DNA from: Eledone cirrhosa
Taxonomy: Eukaryota
Assembly (NCBI GenBank): GCA_964016885.1
Contig: OZ024743.1
Coordinates: 84,320,001-84,384,000, forward strand
DNA length: 64,000 nucleotides
Direction: 5' to 3'
Position 1 is the first letter of the stretch. Every line of letters starts with the position of its first letter. A model generated the notes under the pieces. The model was not told the origin of the DNA and made no database searches. It saw only the letters and a list, made by a program, of their open reading frames with translations. Both the position numbers and the translations under genes were made by a program. This document shows positions 1 through 13,439 of the stretch, piece after piece.

Positions 1-264
1 GTATCCTTTCCAATTCTTTTATCAATTCTGATACCAATACCAGCTAGGCTAGGACTGGCCCTGATTCTATGAAACAGACTACTCCTTTTAAAGGGTTCTT
101 ATTTAAATTAAAATCTTTCAACATTAATTTTCCATAAGAATTACACATTAAGCTACTATCTTAGTAATGAATTAATAATTTTAGTAAATCCCTCAAAATT
201 ATTCATTAATTAATTGAAAAAAAAAAAGTGTATTTCATTAGAAACACAGTGACATAAGGGTTAA
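1..264. mobile_element. piggyBac-type MITE, degenerate copy
   Basis: Ends ...ataagggTTAA. The body (ctatttaaattaaaa, aattttagtaaatccctcaaaatt) matches the copy at 12256-12701. Confidence 0.55.
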
Positions 265-454
265 GAATTCCATCCATTCACTGCCTCCTGGACTGGTATT
301 TTATCAATCCCAAAAGGATCAAAGGTAAAGTGAAGCTCAGCAGGATTTGAACTCAGAAAATAGTAATCCAGAACAAACATCAAGAGACATATTTGTGTAT
401 ATGTCAACTAGGTTAGAGCAGGTTCTTCAGTCCGGTCAATGACCGACAATCTCC

Positions 455-1026
455 TTAATGCTGGTACCACAATAAAAGCACCCAGTAGACTCTGCAAAGT
501 GATTGCTGTTAGTAAGGGCATCTAGTCCAAGAAACCATGCACAAAAAGGATTGAGATGACACTTCAGTCACATGACAACCTATGTAGTGCTGGTGCCACA
601 ATAAAACATACCTAGTTCACTCTGTAAGGTAGTTGGCGATAGAAAGGGCATTCAGCTGTAGAGACCATGCCAAAAAGGGATTGAAAGGACTCTTCAGATG
701 TGTCAAGGCCACAACAACTATTCTGGTGGTGGTGACACAATAAAATGCACCCAGCACACTCTATTATGGCATCCAGCCATAGAAAACTTGCCAAACAAAG
801 AATAGAGAGGATTCTTTAGCTGTATCAAAGACATAACTATCTCCATAGTGCTTGTGCCACAATAAAATGCACGGTGTACTCTGTAGAGTGAGAGATTGTA
901 TATTAGCAATACGCAGCTCCCAGCTCGTCTGAGATATCAATGGCACTGATTAAGTACTGATTTTGTCTGTAACAACCTACCCAACCCTTACTAGCAGGGA
1001 AAACGAACGTTAAATGATGATGATGA
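455..1026 (+). mobile_element. Old Ceph-domain SINE or RTE-tail element with about 4 tandem copies of the Ceph-like segment
   Basis: gctggtgccacaataaaa-gcacccag-actct-aagggcatccagc-agaaac recurs near 459, 588, 728 and 849. It ends with the tail gaacgttaaatgatgatgat. Confidence 0.6.
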
Positions 1027-1413
1027 TGTATAAATATGAAGCATAAATATATAGTTTATATGAACCATTGAGATATGTTTGTGTGTGTGTGTGTGTGTGT
1101 GTATATATGAAGTTTATATGAAGCACTGAGAGATATGAATGCTTTGAGAAAGCTGGTACAAAGCAAATTAAAAATTTGAGAGTGAAAATTATATGAGAAT
1201 AAAGCAAGAAACCCCCAAACAAAACAATAGTTTACAGTTTTACCAAATATTCCACAATATTTCTAGGATAGGGGCTCTTTTTCATCACCCTGTAAGGTGG
1301 TTTGTATAGGAAGGGCATCCAGCTATAGAAACCATGCTAAAAAAGGGTTGAGAGGACTTTTCAGGACTCTACATTACTTTTCATTTGAAAACGACCTCAA
1401 AATATGATGAAAT

Positions 1414-1740
1414 GGTATGGCTTAGTGGTTAGAGCGTTGGGCTTGCAATTGTAAAGTTGTCAGTTTGATTCTCAGACCGGATGATGGGTTGTGTTCTTAA
1501 GACACTTTATTTCATGTTGCTCCAGTTTACCCAGCTGTAGACATGAGTTACAACATCACTGGTGTCAAGCTGTAATGGCCATTGCCTTTCCCTTGGACAA
1601 CATCGGTGGTGTGGAGAGGGGAGACTGGTATGCATGGGCGACTGCTGGTCTTCCACAAACAACCTTGCCCTGACATGCACTTTGGAGGAGAGCTTTCTAG
1701 GTGCAAATCCCATGGTCATTCGTGACCATAGGGGGTCTTA
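1414..1740 (+). mobile_element. tRNA-derived CORE-SINE with a non-RTE 3' half
   Basis: A-box-like tggcttagtgg; CORE-like aagacactt...gctccagtttacccagctgtag; tail ggtgcaaatcccatggtcatt. Confidence 0.65.
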
Positions 1741-2024
1741 AATAATAGAATAAAAGTGTAAAATCTTGTTTTTTTTTTTTTTTTTTTGCTTTACTGAACT
1801 TGAGTTTTCACTCTTGTATTTCAAATTTGTATAGTACCAACTTCCCCAAAACAATCTTAACCAAACCCAATTTAATAGTGTATTAGCAATGCCCCACATC
1901 CTCAAACAGACTCATAGCAAAGGTGAGTTGTTAGTTACAAAGATTAGAACAAAGATTTTCAGGGCCTTAAATGAGGTGATCAGCAAAACTACATACGATG
2001 GTTAGATGATTAACATCCCCTTAC

Positions 2025-2153
2025 CCTGCTAACATCTTGCATATCTTGAAGCTGTCGAAGTTGTGAAAGTGTATGATGACGCAATGCCTCATGAAGAGGC
2101 GTGTCACCATCTTTATCTGGAACATTCAGGTTACATTTTTCACGAACAAGTAA
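2025..2153 (-). CDS. MIB1: MIB1 internal coding exon, 129 nt (absent from the ORF track)
   Basis: ttttttctAG|TTA CTT GTT...AGC AGG|GTAAGG. It encodes [43 protein letters not shown], the next MIB1 segment, phase 0/0. Confidence 0.96.
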
Positions 2154-2384
2154 CTAGAAAAAAACAAAACAAAAATAACAATAATAATAATAGTTTCTGA
2201 TTTAGGAACAAGGCCAACAATTTGGGGGGAGGAGAAAGTTGATTATATCAACCCCAGTATTTGACTGGTACATTATTTCATCAACCCTGGAAGGAGGAAA
2301 GGCAAAGTTGACTTCAGAGGATTTAAACTCAAAATGTAGAAAGCAACAACAACAATAATAATAATAATAAAAGACATAAATATG

Positions 2385-2546
2385 TATATCACATGTTAAT
2401 ATCCCATGAGCTTGACTGATCACGCTTGGGGATCCAGCCGGATCAGTTGGAGACGGTTGCTTCTGTGAGGACTCACTGGAAGGGGTGTTTGAGGACTCTG
2501 CCCCCACGAACCCCTCAGGAATAAGTGGGCGAAGAAGAAGAGAAGA
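2385..2546 (+). mobile_element. 3' end of an RTE (Expander/Rex3-like) LINE; related pieces at 8872-9096 (+), 12465-12670 (+) and 50840-51010 (-)
   Basis: Shared gggatccagccggatcagttggagatggttg...gaggactctgccc segment, translating as LGIQPDQLEMVASD..WK.CLRTL, followed by a (GAA)n tail. Confidence 0.7.
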
Positions 2547-3889
2547 CATGTTAATATATCTTTCTCCCTTTACTGCCATTACTTCCACCAAGGAAATAGT
2601 TGCAGTGTTGTAGTAAGCACAGGGTCCTTAACTCCCAATTTAGTCATAGAGGGTGCCCTTCTGGCACATGGTATGCCTTAGGTATTTTAAACCATGTTGA
2701 GACCATCTCCCAACAGGCTGGAACACAGCTGATTTCTTCCAGGGAGAGGGAGAATTGACTCCAGTACTAGACTGCTCCTTTATTTAGTAACCCCGAAAAG
2801 ATGAAAAACAAAGTTGATCTTAATGGGATTTGAACTCAGAGGGCAGTGAGCCAGAACAAATACTGAGCCAGTTTAAATCCAATGCCCTAATGACCCTGCC
2901 ACTATGGTTGCAAGTTCAAGAACAACAAAAAACTTTTTAATATTTGAAAACAGAACTATAGAAATATATAAACAAAGTATTTTGATTACATACTGAGGCA
3001 CCACAGTAAAGAGAGTTCAGCAATAATGCAGATCCTAGTACAGAGGTGGTTCACTTTCCTGACATTTGTACATTATTCTATGTACTACATATGCACCTTT
3101 GATGAATTGTACTGGGTACTGTACACAATAATTTTCATTATTATTAATAATGAAATACTGTAAATGTATTTGGTAAATACATTTAACAAATACATTAAAT
3201 ACTGTAAATGTGGTTGGTGTTAGGAAGGGCATTCAGCCATAGAAACCAAGCCTAAATCAGTTTTGTGTGAGCAAATCATGGTCCCCCCGACTTGATCCCT
3301 CACAAAGGGACAGCCTGCCCTACCCATGCTAGCGTGGAAGATGGAAGTTAAATGATGATGATTATTATTATTAAGTTACTTGTATAATAATAAAGCTGCA
3401 TTCAAGAAACCATAATTATATATGATCTATTATTTAAATTCTGGCTGTGGATTATTTCATTGAATTTCTTTACCCTTTGGTATTTAAAATACATTCCTCT
3501 CATGGTTTACATTAAAATAAGAGATGGACAAAAATGTATTAATAAAAATTAAAAACTTGGACATTTTTGTATTCTTTTAAAAGGCCTCATGCAGCCTTAA
3601 GGCCACAGGTCCCCCATCACTGCTCTAGAACTTGTCTTTCTTAAGTCTGGTATTATTTTATTTGGTAACTTTTTGTCAAACTGTTAAGTAACAGGATATA
3701 AAGAAACAGCTAATGTATACACATATATATATACAATGGGCTTCTGCATAATTTCTGTCTACCAAATTTCAAACACATTTAGAGTGCACTGGGCGCTTTT
3801 TGTCGTAGCACCAAAATGACCATTTTACAGTGTGAACTGGGTGTTTTTTGTCATGTCACCAGCCTGACCACTTTATAGTGTGGATTTGG

Positions 3890-4298
3890 TATGTGTTCAA
3901 TTATAGGGGGTAAAATACTACCAGAGTGAAAAACATATTGTCTACGAAAGGAATGGAGAATACATATCAATTAAAAGAATAAATTAAAATGTACAAACCC
4001 TCCATTTATAACTGTGAGTTTTCTTCTCTTTACACCATGTACGTTATTTTAGTTACCTGATTTATTTTTAGAAATGAGGACCATATTGTAGTCCACTTGT
4101 TGATAAGCCTTCTGCAATATGGAATCTTCACATTTTTGGGTGAAACATTCTCTATTTGAGCATGTCCAGGTGTTATAGTTATAAACGGATGGTTTGTACA
4201 TTTTAATTTATTTTTTCAATTGATATGTATTCTCCATTCCTTTCGTAGTCAATACGTTTTTCACTGGTGGTATTTTATCCCCTATAATTGAACACATA
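3890..4298. repeat. Fold-back element: inverted arms of about 123 bp around a spacer holding a degenerate hammerhead motif
   Basis: 3890-4013 is the reverse complement of 4177-4298 with scattered mismatches. Hammerhead-like motif at 4094-4172. Confidence 0.8.
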
Positions 4299-4412
4299 CT
4301 TCTTTGTGTGTTTTTCTCTATATACTGTCATATAAAGAGCCCAGAATCTAATCCTTGAGCTCATTAAATTATAGGGGATTAACGTGAGTCTTTAACTCCA
4401 TTTTTTTAATTT

Positions 4413-4495
<83 letters not shown>

Positions 4496-5609
4496 TTATT
4501 TAATTGCTGAGTCTATAACTTCATTTTGATCCAGCTTTTTGTTGGTTATGGTTATGGTAATGGAGGAATTCATTTAAAGGGTTTAATATAAAACATGGTT
4601 TTGTGTCATTTAATTTATTCCCATTCATTAGTTGATTAAGTGGGATAGGGTTTAGATTAAGTTAATGGATGATTGCAAGGTTTCAGTTTGGCTGGTTTTA
4701 GTTTTAGTTGTTGAGTGTGTAGTATATTTCATTATGTGTCTCTGTATTTGGTTCATGTTCATTAGGGGTATATGGTTAAAGTTTAATTCTGGTGGCTGTT
4801 CTAATTCTGTAATGGAGTAGTAGTCATTGCAGAGTAATATAGAAACCACATAATACAACAGCTGTAGCCTAGTAACATCAATCACTCCTGTACCAGTAAT
4901 TGGTGTAGGCTGGTTGTTGTTATGGTGGGAGTGCTTGGATATGGTGTTGAAGGGCGTGGTTTGTTTTACTTTATGTCTTGTGTAATATTTGTCTGATGGG
5001 TAAAGAGGAGTGTAGGTTATTGGATTGCTTATGCTAGAGTTCATGGAAGGCATTGGTCTGATGTAGATTTGTTTGTGTTCAACTGATGGTCGTAGAGTCA
5101 TATATTTATATATAACTCTGTTTTACACTCCCTAGAGTATATTAAATACTGACATTGATTCAAACAATAATATGAATTTGTGACTGAACTAATGTAAAAA
5201 AAAAATCTCTATATTCATAAGTACAAAATTATCTCCCCTTCACTGAGAGAGTGGTCAGAATTTTTTGTTCAACCAGCAGATATTTGTATGAGTGTGTATA
5301 TGTTTTGACATATTGTAGAAATCAGTAATCCTACCCCAATAATATAAGCTCAGACAGTGAGAGAAATGCTCTCTAGAAATGAAGAACCCCAGGCATAAGC
5401 CATCTCATAGTCCGAGGAGATAGAATAAAGTGCTACCCTGGAGGATAGCAAGGAAGACACAATGAAATAGCCATTTCAACTTACAAGGTTCACTCCTGTG
5501 GGTGGCCAATTTTGCCCTGATAGCAGTGAGTAGGGATGTGGTATGGGGTCCAAGGACACTATAAGTCTTTACTGTTTCAGGTTCAATGACAAATCTATCA
5601 GAAATTCAC

Positions 5610-6850
5610 CAATTCTTTAGCATTCACTTTTCCGTTCTTGCATGGGTCAGACATGTCATCTTTGAAACAGTGTCTTGTTACTAACTTTGTCTTCTACTGT
5701 GTGGGGCTCAGCATCCTTGAGACCAGTTTTCACTACTTCTGCCCAAGTTTTCCACAGACTACCTCTATGACAAGTTCCTTCTACTTAGAATTTCTCACCC
5801 TTCTTCAGACTACAGTCATCATCCATATGTGCTACATGTCTATGCCAGTGCAATCCTCTCTCTTGGATACTACATGTGATACTTCTCAACATAGTATTTC
5901 TCTCACTCTCTCATAGTAACATTTCCTACTCTCTTGCTTCTTAGCATCAGTGAGGCTAAGTGCACCAGTGTCAATCTAGAAATACTTTTCCCCAATGACA
6001 ACTTGATTCACACTGGTACATTGCTTTTCAATCAGGAACACCTTTGTCCCTCACACCACAGAACATTGGTAAACTTCTTGTTTTCAGCTTCTCTATATGT
6101 AAAGCTGTCATCTAGCTTCTCACTTGTTATAATGTAATTAATAACCAGTGTACATTGGATTTCATATTCATAACGCTCTGTGCATTCCATTTTATAATCA
6201 AAATGAAGTCAATCTGGCTTATGTATTTACCTGATTGCTAGGTAATCAAGTGATTGCTCAGTTTCCTGAAGCTTGTATTTCAAATGGTTAACTCATTTGC
6301 ATCACATAATTCTAGGAGCCTGATACCTCTTCATTACCACTATCCATAGCCACTGTGCACTCCAAAGTAGCTATCCTGATACTTCCCAACATATCCATTA
6401 ACGTCTGCAGCCATTGTCATCTGTTACTGAGGTAAGCTGTAAGAACTCCTCATAGAAGCACTTCTTTTATTTTTTATTTCGTCTTGATTGTGTTATGTAA
6501 GTAGGGATAACTGTTGTTATTCTATTGGCTACAACTTTTCTAAGCTTGATAATTCTGTCATATACTCTAACTACCTCAGTTACCTCATCTATCTACTTCT
6601 CAGTTAGTGAAACACCTACTCCACCAACACATAATTATTCCCTACCCAGAAGGGCATATATTTGTACTCTTTGCTAGTGAGGGGTCTGGATGTATACACC
6701 ACAACATAAATCCAGCATCCTATTGCCTAGGGTCACAATTTCACTTAACCTACCTCTCATTGTGGCAACATTAACAGTGGCAGCCCTGAAATGTGTTACC
6801 CCACAGGAAGTGGGTATCCACTGATGATTTAGGCTGTCCTTTGACCAAAG
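5610..6850 (-). mobile_element. Old, internally deleted RTE LINE (AP-endonuclease N-terminus plus C-terminal end)
   Basis: Minus-strand translation, with many stops, gives ATVNVATMRGRLSEIV...GGVGV...VVRVYDRIIKL...RLLELCDANEL...SQIDFIL (APE domain) and, near 5820-5860, LHWHRHVAHMDDDCSLKK (RTE C-terminus). Confidence 0.7.
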
Positions 6851-6954
6851 CTGTCTGTTCCTGAAAAGGAACGTGCAATCATTTGATGACAGTCAAGGGG
6901 TTCTCACACATAGGTATTTCCATCTAGCCATCTGACTAGTGTGTATATACTTAC

Positions 6955-7041
6955 ACGAACAATCTGTGTGTGTTGCCTCTCAACAGCCAAGTGTAAAGCA
7001 GTCTGTAGGTTGACATTCTGAATATCCATGTTAGCCTTGCC
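6955..7041 (-). CDS. MIB1: MIB1 internal coding exon, 87 nt
   Basis: tttccccAG|GGC AAG...GTT CGT|GTAAGT. It encodes [29 protein letters not shown] and directly continues the 34560-34692 exon, phase 0/0. Confidence 0.96.
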
Positions 7042-7139
7042 CTGGGGAAATAAAAACAACAAATTAACACATAGAGATACATATCTAATAGACAATTGTA
7101 TACAATGTAGCACTGTATTTTATAGAACACAACAGCTGT

Positions 7140-7770
7140 CACATTGTAGTACCTACTTATAGCTAGGTAGACAAATGATGAAATACTGTAGTCATGGATA
7201 TAGTATAGTGAACTATACCACACTGTGGTACCTACTTACAGTTTAGTTGATTGGACATAGTATAGTGGACTATACCACAGTATGGTACCTACTTACAGCT
7301 AGGTAGACTGATGTTAGTGAAGTGTTATAGTCATGGATATAGTATAGTGAATTATATGGATCAAATAGGTTGTGGTTATCACCTCTGCTGGCCAAACTCC
7401 CTTTCATACGTCCCTGTCATGGAATTGGCTCCACCAAATAGGGTTGGGTCTGAAAGTGAGAGCTCTACACCAATGTTTGGATTGCACTATCCTAAAGTAC
7501 ATATACTTGTGGTTGGACACAGCTTGTGAAACCAATCGCCTGAAGAAACTCCACTGAAGTGAACTTACACTGTGAATTCCTTTGAAGGAGCTGGCTCAAC
7601 CCACCCTGGGTGAATGCTGCCACAAGTACAAGTAAGTAGCAAGTGGTACCTACTTACAGTTAGATAAACTGGACATATTTAGTCGACTATACCACTTTGT
7701 GGTACTACGTACAGTTTAGTAGACTGGAAGATCAATATTATAGTCACTGACTATTGTTATAGTCATGTAT
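7140..7770. repeat. Degenerate minisatellite (about 55-75 bp units) interrupted by an unclassified repeat
   Basis: gtacctacttacag...tatagt..actataccac recurs near 7149, 7228, 7285, 7646 and 7701. Confidence 0.6.
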
Positions 7771-7917
7771 GTTGAGACAATTACATTTCAAATGTTCCTA
7801 ATACTTATTAAATCAAATGAATGTTCATATATATATATATACACACACATACATACACACACACACGACATATATATATATATACACATTTAGATATACA
7901 TTTATATATATATATAT

Positions 7918-8161
7918 ATCATCATCATCATTTTACGTTCGCTTTTCCCTGCTTGCAAGGGTGGGACTGGAACTGATTCTGGCTTGATTCCTACAGCTGG
8001 ATGCCCTTCCTAACACCAACCTCATTTACAGTGAGTGCTGGGTGCTTTTTTGCCATGGCACCTCCACGACCACTTTGCAGTGGAATGATATGGACCCCAG
8101 TCCCTATCATTTCATTTCTACAGCTGAGTAAACTGGAGCAATGTGAAATAAAGTGTCTTGC
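7918..8161 (-). mobile_element. 5'-truncated CORE-Ceph-RTE-tail SINE
   Basis: Reverse complement of 9575-9825. Its (TGA)n tail abuts a (TA)n tract. Confidence 0.8.
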
Positions 8162-8599
8162 AATGTGATAGGAAAATACAAAGGGAAAATGATGACAAAT
8201 AAAATAAAATAATGTGTATAACTATATATATATATACAAACACATATATAGATCAGAAATGCATGAGACAGGATGGTTGCTATAACAACCCTATGCATGT
8301 CTTTTACTTGGATTGAACCAGTTTTAAACTATTTTGACTATTATTCAACAGAGTACTTCGTACTTAGTATAGTAGAGTGCGACTTTATTAGAAAGAGTTG
8401 GGGAACTAGCTGTTGAAATGGCAAGAGCTCAGCCATTGGGCCCTGACTGTCTCTAATATATATATAAAAAAGAAAATGAGGTTTTTTTTTAATAAAAAAA
8501 CCGAGATGTCCTACACGGGTGAAAATGTTCTTAAAAAGACTCCATATATATGTGAAGTGTATTAGACTCAAGATTTCAAGAGAGTGGCTTTGATTCCCG

Positions 8600-8870
8600 G
8601 ATCAGACGGTGAGATCATTTCATGTCGATTTTCATTATAGGAGGTAGAGGGGGCTGTCGTTAAAACATCTGAAACTAAGAGAAGACAGCTTCGAATGTGG
8701 AGAGGAGGACCATACGATGCAGCACTGCCTTGTTTGCCCTCTACTACTCAACCAGGGCAGCTTAAAAGATCTCGCAGAATTTAATAATAACGCAAAGGAC
8801 TGTGTAAAGAAATTGGAAACTGTCATATGTCACATGCTTCGAAGATACGGAAAGAAGAAGAAGAAGAAGG
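8600..8870 (+). mobile_element. 3' fragment of an Ingi/Vingi-like LINE
   Basis: Translates as ...ECGEEDHTMQHCLVCPLL...LKDLAEFNNNAKDCVK, a C-terminal Cys/His knuckle of the Vingi/I type, followed by a (GAA)n tail. Confidence 0.5.
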
Positions 8871-9248
8871 AAAGGATTGCTGGACAGATTTTATGGACGA
8901 AACTAACTGGCAAGAGACCCAGAGGTGTACCAAGTGCAAGATGGTTGGATAATATCCATGAGCTTAATTTAACTCACTTGGGGCTCCAGCCAGATCAATT
9001 GGAGATGGTTGTCTCTGACGGGACTAACTGGAAGCAGTGTTTGAGGACTCTTCACTCATGACCCTCACAGGAATAAGTGGGTGAAGAAAAAGAAGATATA
9101 TGTTCATATAATATACACACACACATATATGTATATATATATTATCATCATTTTATGTCCGAAACCAGGTGGACCATAATGCACCAGAGTACTCAGATCT
9201 AGCTATCGAAACGGCTGGACCTCAGCCGTTAGGGTCCTGACTTTTTTC

Positions 9249-9868
<620 letters not shown>

Positions 9869-10299
9869 AACACATACATTTACACACACACACATCATCA
9901 TCATCATTTTATGTCCGCTTTTCCCTGCTTGCAAGGGTGGGACAACACACATATATATATATAAATATATATATATATATGTATGTATGTATATATATAG
10001 GTATATATACATATATAAACACATACATGTTCACACACACATATATAAATATATATATATATGCATATACACAGACATACAAACACATCACTGCCACCAC
10101 AGATAGTACAGATTAAAAAATATTTTGGTTTTTAATTACTGAAGGGTTCATTTACCTGCTGATTAAAAGCTAGTGTTGATTACAAATTAGCTCGTTATAC
10201 TTAATCGCAGAAGTGTACATTGAGATTTTATAACAGGGGCCGCAGGGGATGGGGTTGAGGCTCATACCAGCTGAGGATATGATCTGGGAAATATACTTA

Positions 10300-11012
<713 letters not shown>

Positions 11013-11587
11013 GCATATGTATGTAGAGAATGTGCACTATTATATATATATCCTTTGGTGGTATTTAGTGTGGTGGGGTTGGACAGGGTGCATGTAAATA
11101 TACACATATGGGGCTAAATATGTGTGTGCATGAATATGTGTATACATATGAGAGAATTAGTAACATGAAATCACTGCCCCTCCCCTTAGCCCACAACCCC
11201 AGGTGCTGCAAAGACCATATATGATGCTTCATTGGTATTTTACAAATATGCCCCTTCACTACTACCACCACCAACACCACCACCACCACTATACTGTGTT
11301 ATTTACCTTAAACACTCCCAGCAACACCCACCTTCTATACATTTTTACCTACTTTCAACTTTTCCTGGAATTCAAAAGGGCCAGTCTTCCCCCAAGACAC
11401 CCTACTTCCTAACTCCATTCTATATCCCCCACTACCTCCACAACAAAAATGAAATAATAATAAAAAAAATGTGGTGGTGGTAGTGTATTAGTGATGATAG
11501 TGATGGCAATAATAATATGATGATGATGTTAGTGATAGAGTGGGTAAGATTCAAAATTTCAAAATAGAGTTGAGAAATGATTATGGC

Positions 11588-11641
<54 letters not shown>

Positions 11642-11647
11642 ATGTAC

Positions 11648-11740
<93 letters not shown>

Positions 11741-11878
11741 TATACTTTAAATAATGATGATAGATATACCACACACATACATGTGTGTATATATACATAC
11801 AAACACACAACTGGTTTGTAATAAAGGGCTAAAACTGAAGAAAAATGAGCCCCCATCCAGTCACTTCCCCACTCCCAG

Positions 11879-11916
<38 letters not shown>

Positions 11917-12255
11917 GGATGTCCATTTAAGGATATCCTAATGACTCCATATCAACTAGCCCCTATTCTTAACCTTCAACCAACACACTAAAATTACTAT
12001 TACTTTCTTTAACATTTTTCTGACCATATTTTTAATTAAAAGAATATGCTTCCTTTGTGTTTTAATTGTTAAAATAATTAACAACAACCAGAAGAGATTT
12101 AGTGAAATTACTATTTTCAACTCAATAATAAAAGAGAAATATTTAACTACTAAAATCTATTATTATTTGGTGTGTAGTAGTGAAATTTCAGTCCAAAATT
12201 CCTATTTAAATTAGAGGTGGTTTGGAGTTAACCAGATCAAATGATTACTAGTTAA

Positions 12256-12701
12256 CCCTTTTGAAATCAACCCACCACAAACTGCTCCTCTCTTAATGAA
12301 ACAAAACCATCCATTTTAAATGGCCCCTATTTAAATTAAAACCTTCCAAGATAATTTTATCTAAGAACATTTGTTGCATTACAAATACCATCCTGAGACA
12401 ATAATTTTAGTAAATCTCTCAAAATTCTTCATTGATTAATTCAGATGCTAAGTAATTGATTAGCCAAAATTGGCGATACCAACTGGCAGGAGACCCAGGG
12501 GCAGACTCCGATCAAGCTGGTTGGAAAACCTCCATGAGCTCAGCTGTGGTCTTGCTTGGGGATCCAGCCGGATCAGTTGGAGATGGTTGCTTCTGACAGG
12601 ACCTGCTGGAAGGAGTGTTTGAGGACTCTGCCACCATGTCCCTCTCAGGAAAAAGAAGGCAAAGTAGAAGTATTTGATTTAGAAATATGGTAACAAAAGA
12701 G
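12256..12701. mobile_element. piggyBac-type MITE with TTAA target duplication and a nested RTE 3' fragment; other copies near 16295-16470, 34850-35001 and 51080-51264
   Basis: TTAA|CCCTTTTG...CAAAAGAG|TTAA termini. The nested RTE piece spans about 12465-12670. Confidence 0.65.
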
Positions 12702-13439
12702 TTAAATGGTGCTAGGCTTGAAATAATACATACTGGGGGTCAATATGATCAATTATATCCCTTCAAAACAGTGCCCCAGCATGGCCAGTCTAATGACTGA
12801 AACCAGTAAAAGAACAACAACCCCACCATCTAGATCTCAAATAAACCTAAATAACAATATAAGTTTGTCTCACAATGAAAGCAATCACCATCATCATTTT
12901 TTCCTCCATTTTTCCATGATGGCATATATTGGACAGGGTATTTTAGGACAATGTTTCACAGCTGGATGTTTTTCCTGACACCAACCCTTTTAGTCATCGC
13001 TTGTGACATGCAGGGATACAGTTTAGTCACCACTTGTGACATGCAGGGATAGTTTAGTCACCTCTTGTGACATGCAGGGATAGTTTAGTCACCTCTTGTG
13101 ACATGCAGGGACACAATTCACCTATTCTAAAAACCAGGCTACACACAATGGGAATTGAAACTATGACCATAGTTAGTTTGCCGGTTTCTTACCTCTACTC
13201 TATAATGATGATGATGATGGTGGTGGTAACGGTGATGATGATGATGATGATGATAATGATGATGGGTTCTCCACCAGTTTCCATGATGAACATTCAACCA
13301 TGAGACTTGTGAATTAACATATAATTGCTGGAGTATTCTGTAGATATGTGTACCATCAACATACTTTTCAGGCAATATCAGTACGGCACAATATGTGACG
13401 AGTTTCGCTCTTTCAATTACAGGTACACTCCATCTTGTA

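Noticed and set aside
4652-5101. 149-aa minus-strand ORF
   Set aside because: No recognisable domain and biased composition. It may be an old repeat remnant, but I cannot support that.
8717-9061. 114-aa ORF as a single gene
   Set aside because: It is a chance read-through of two adjacent LINE fragments (Vingi-like and RTE) joined by a (GAA)n tail.
9170-9240. Hammerhead-like GAAACGGCTG/CAGCCGT hairpin
   Set aside because: Stem III is good, but the CUGAUGA core is absent or too degenerate to call.
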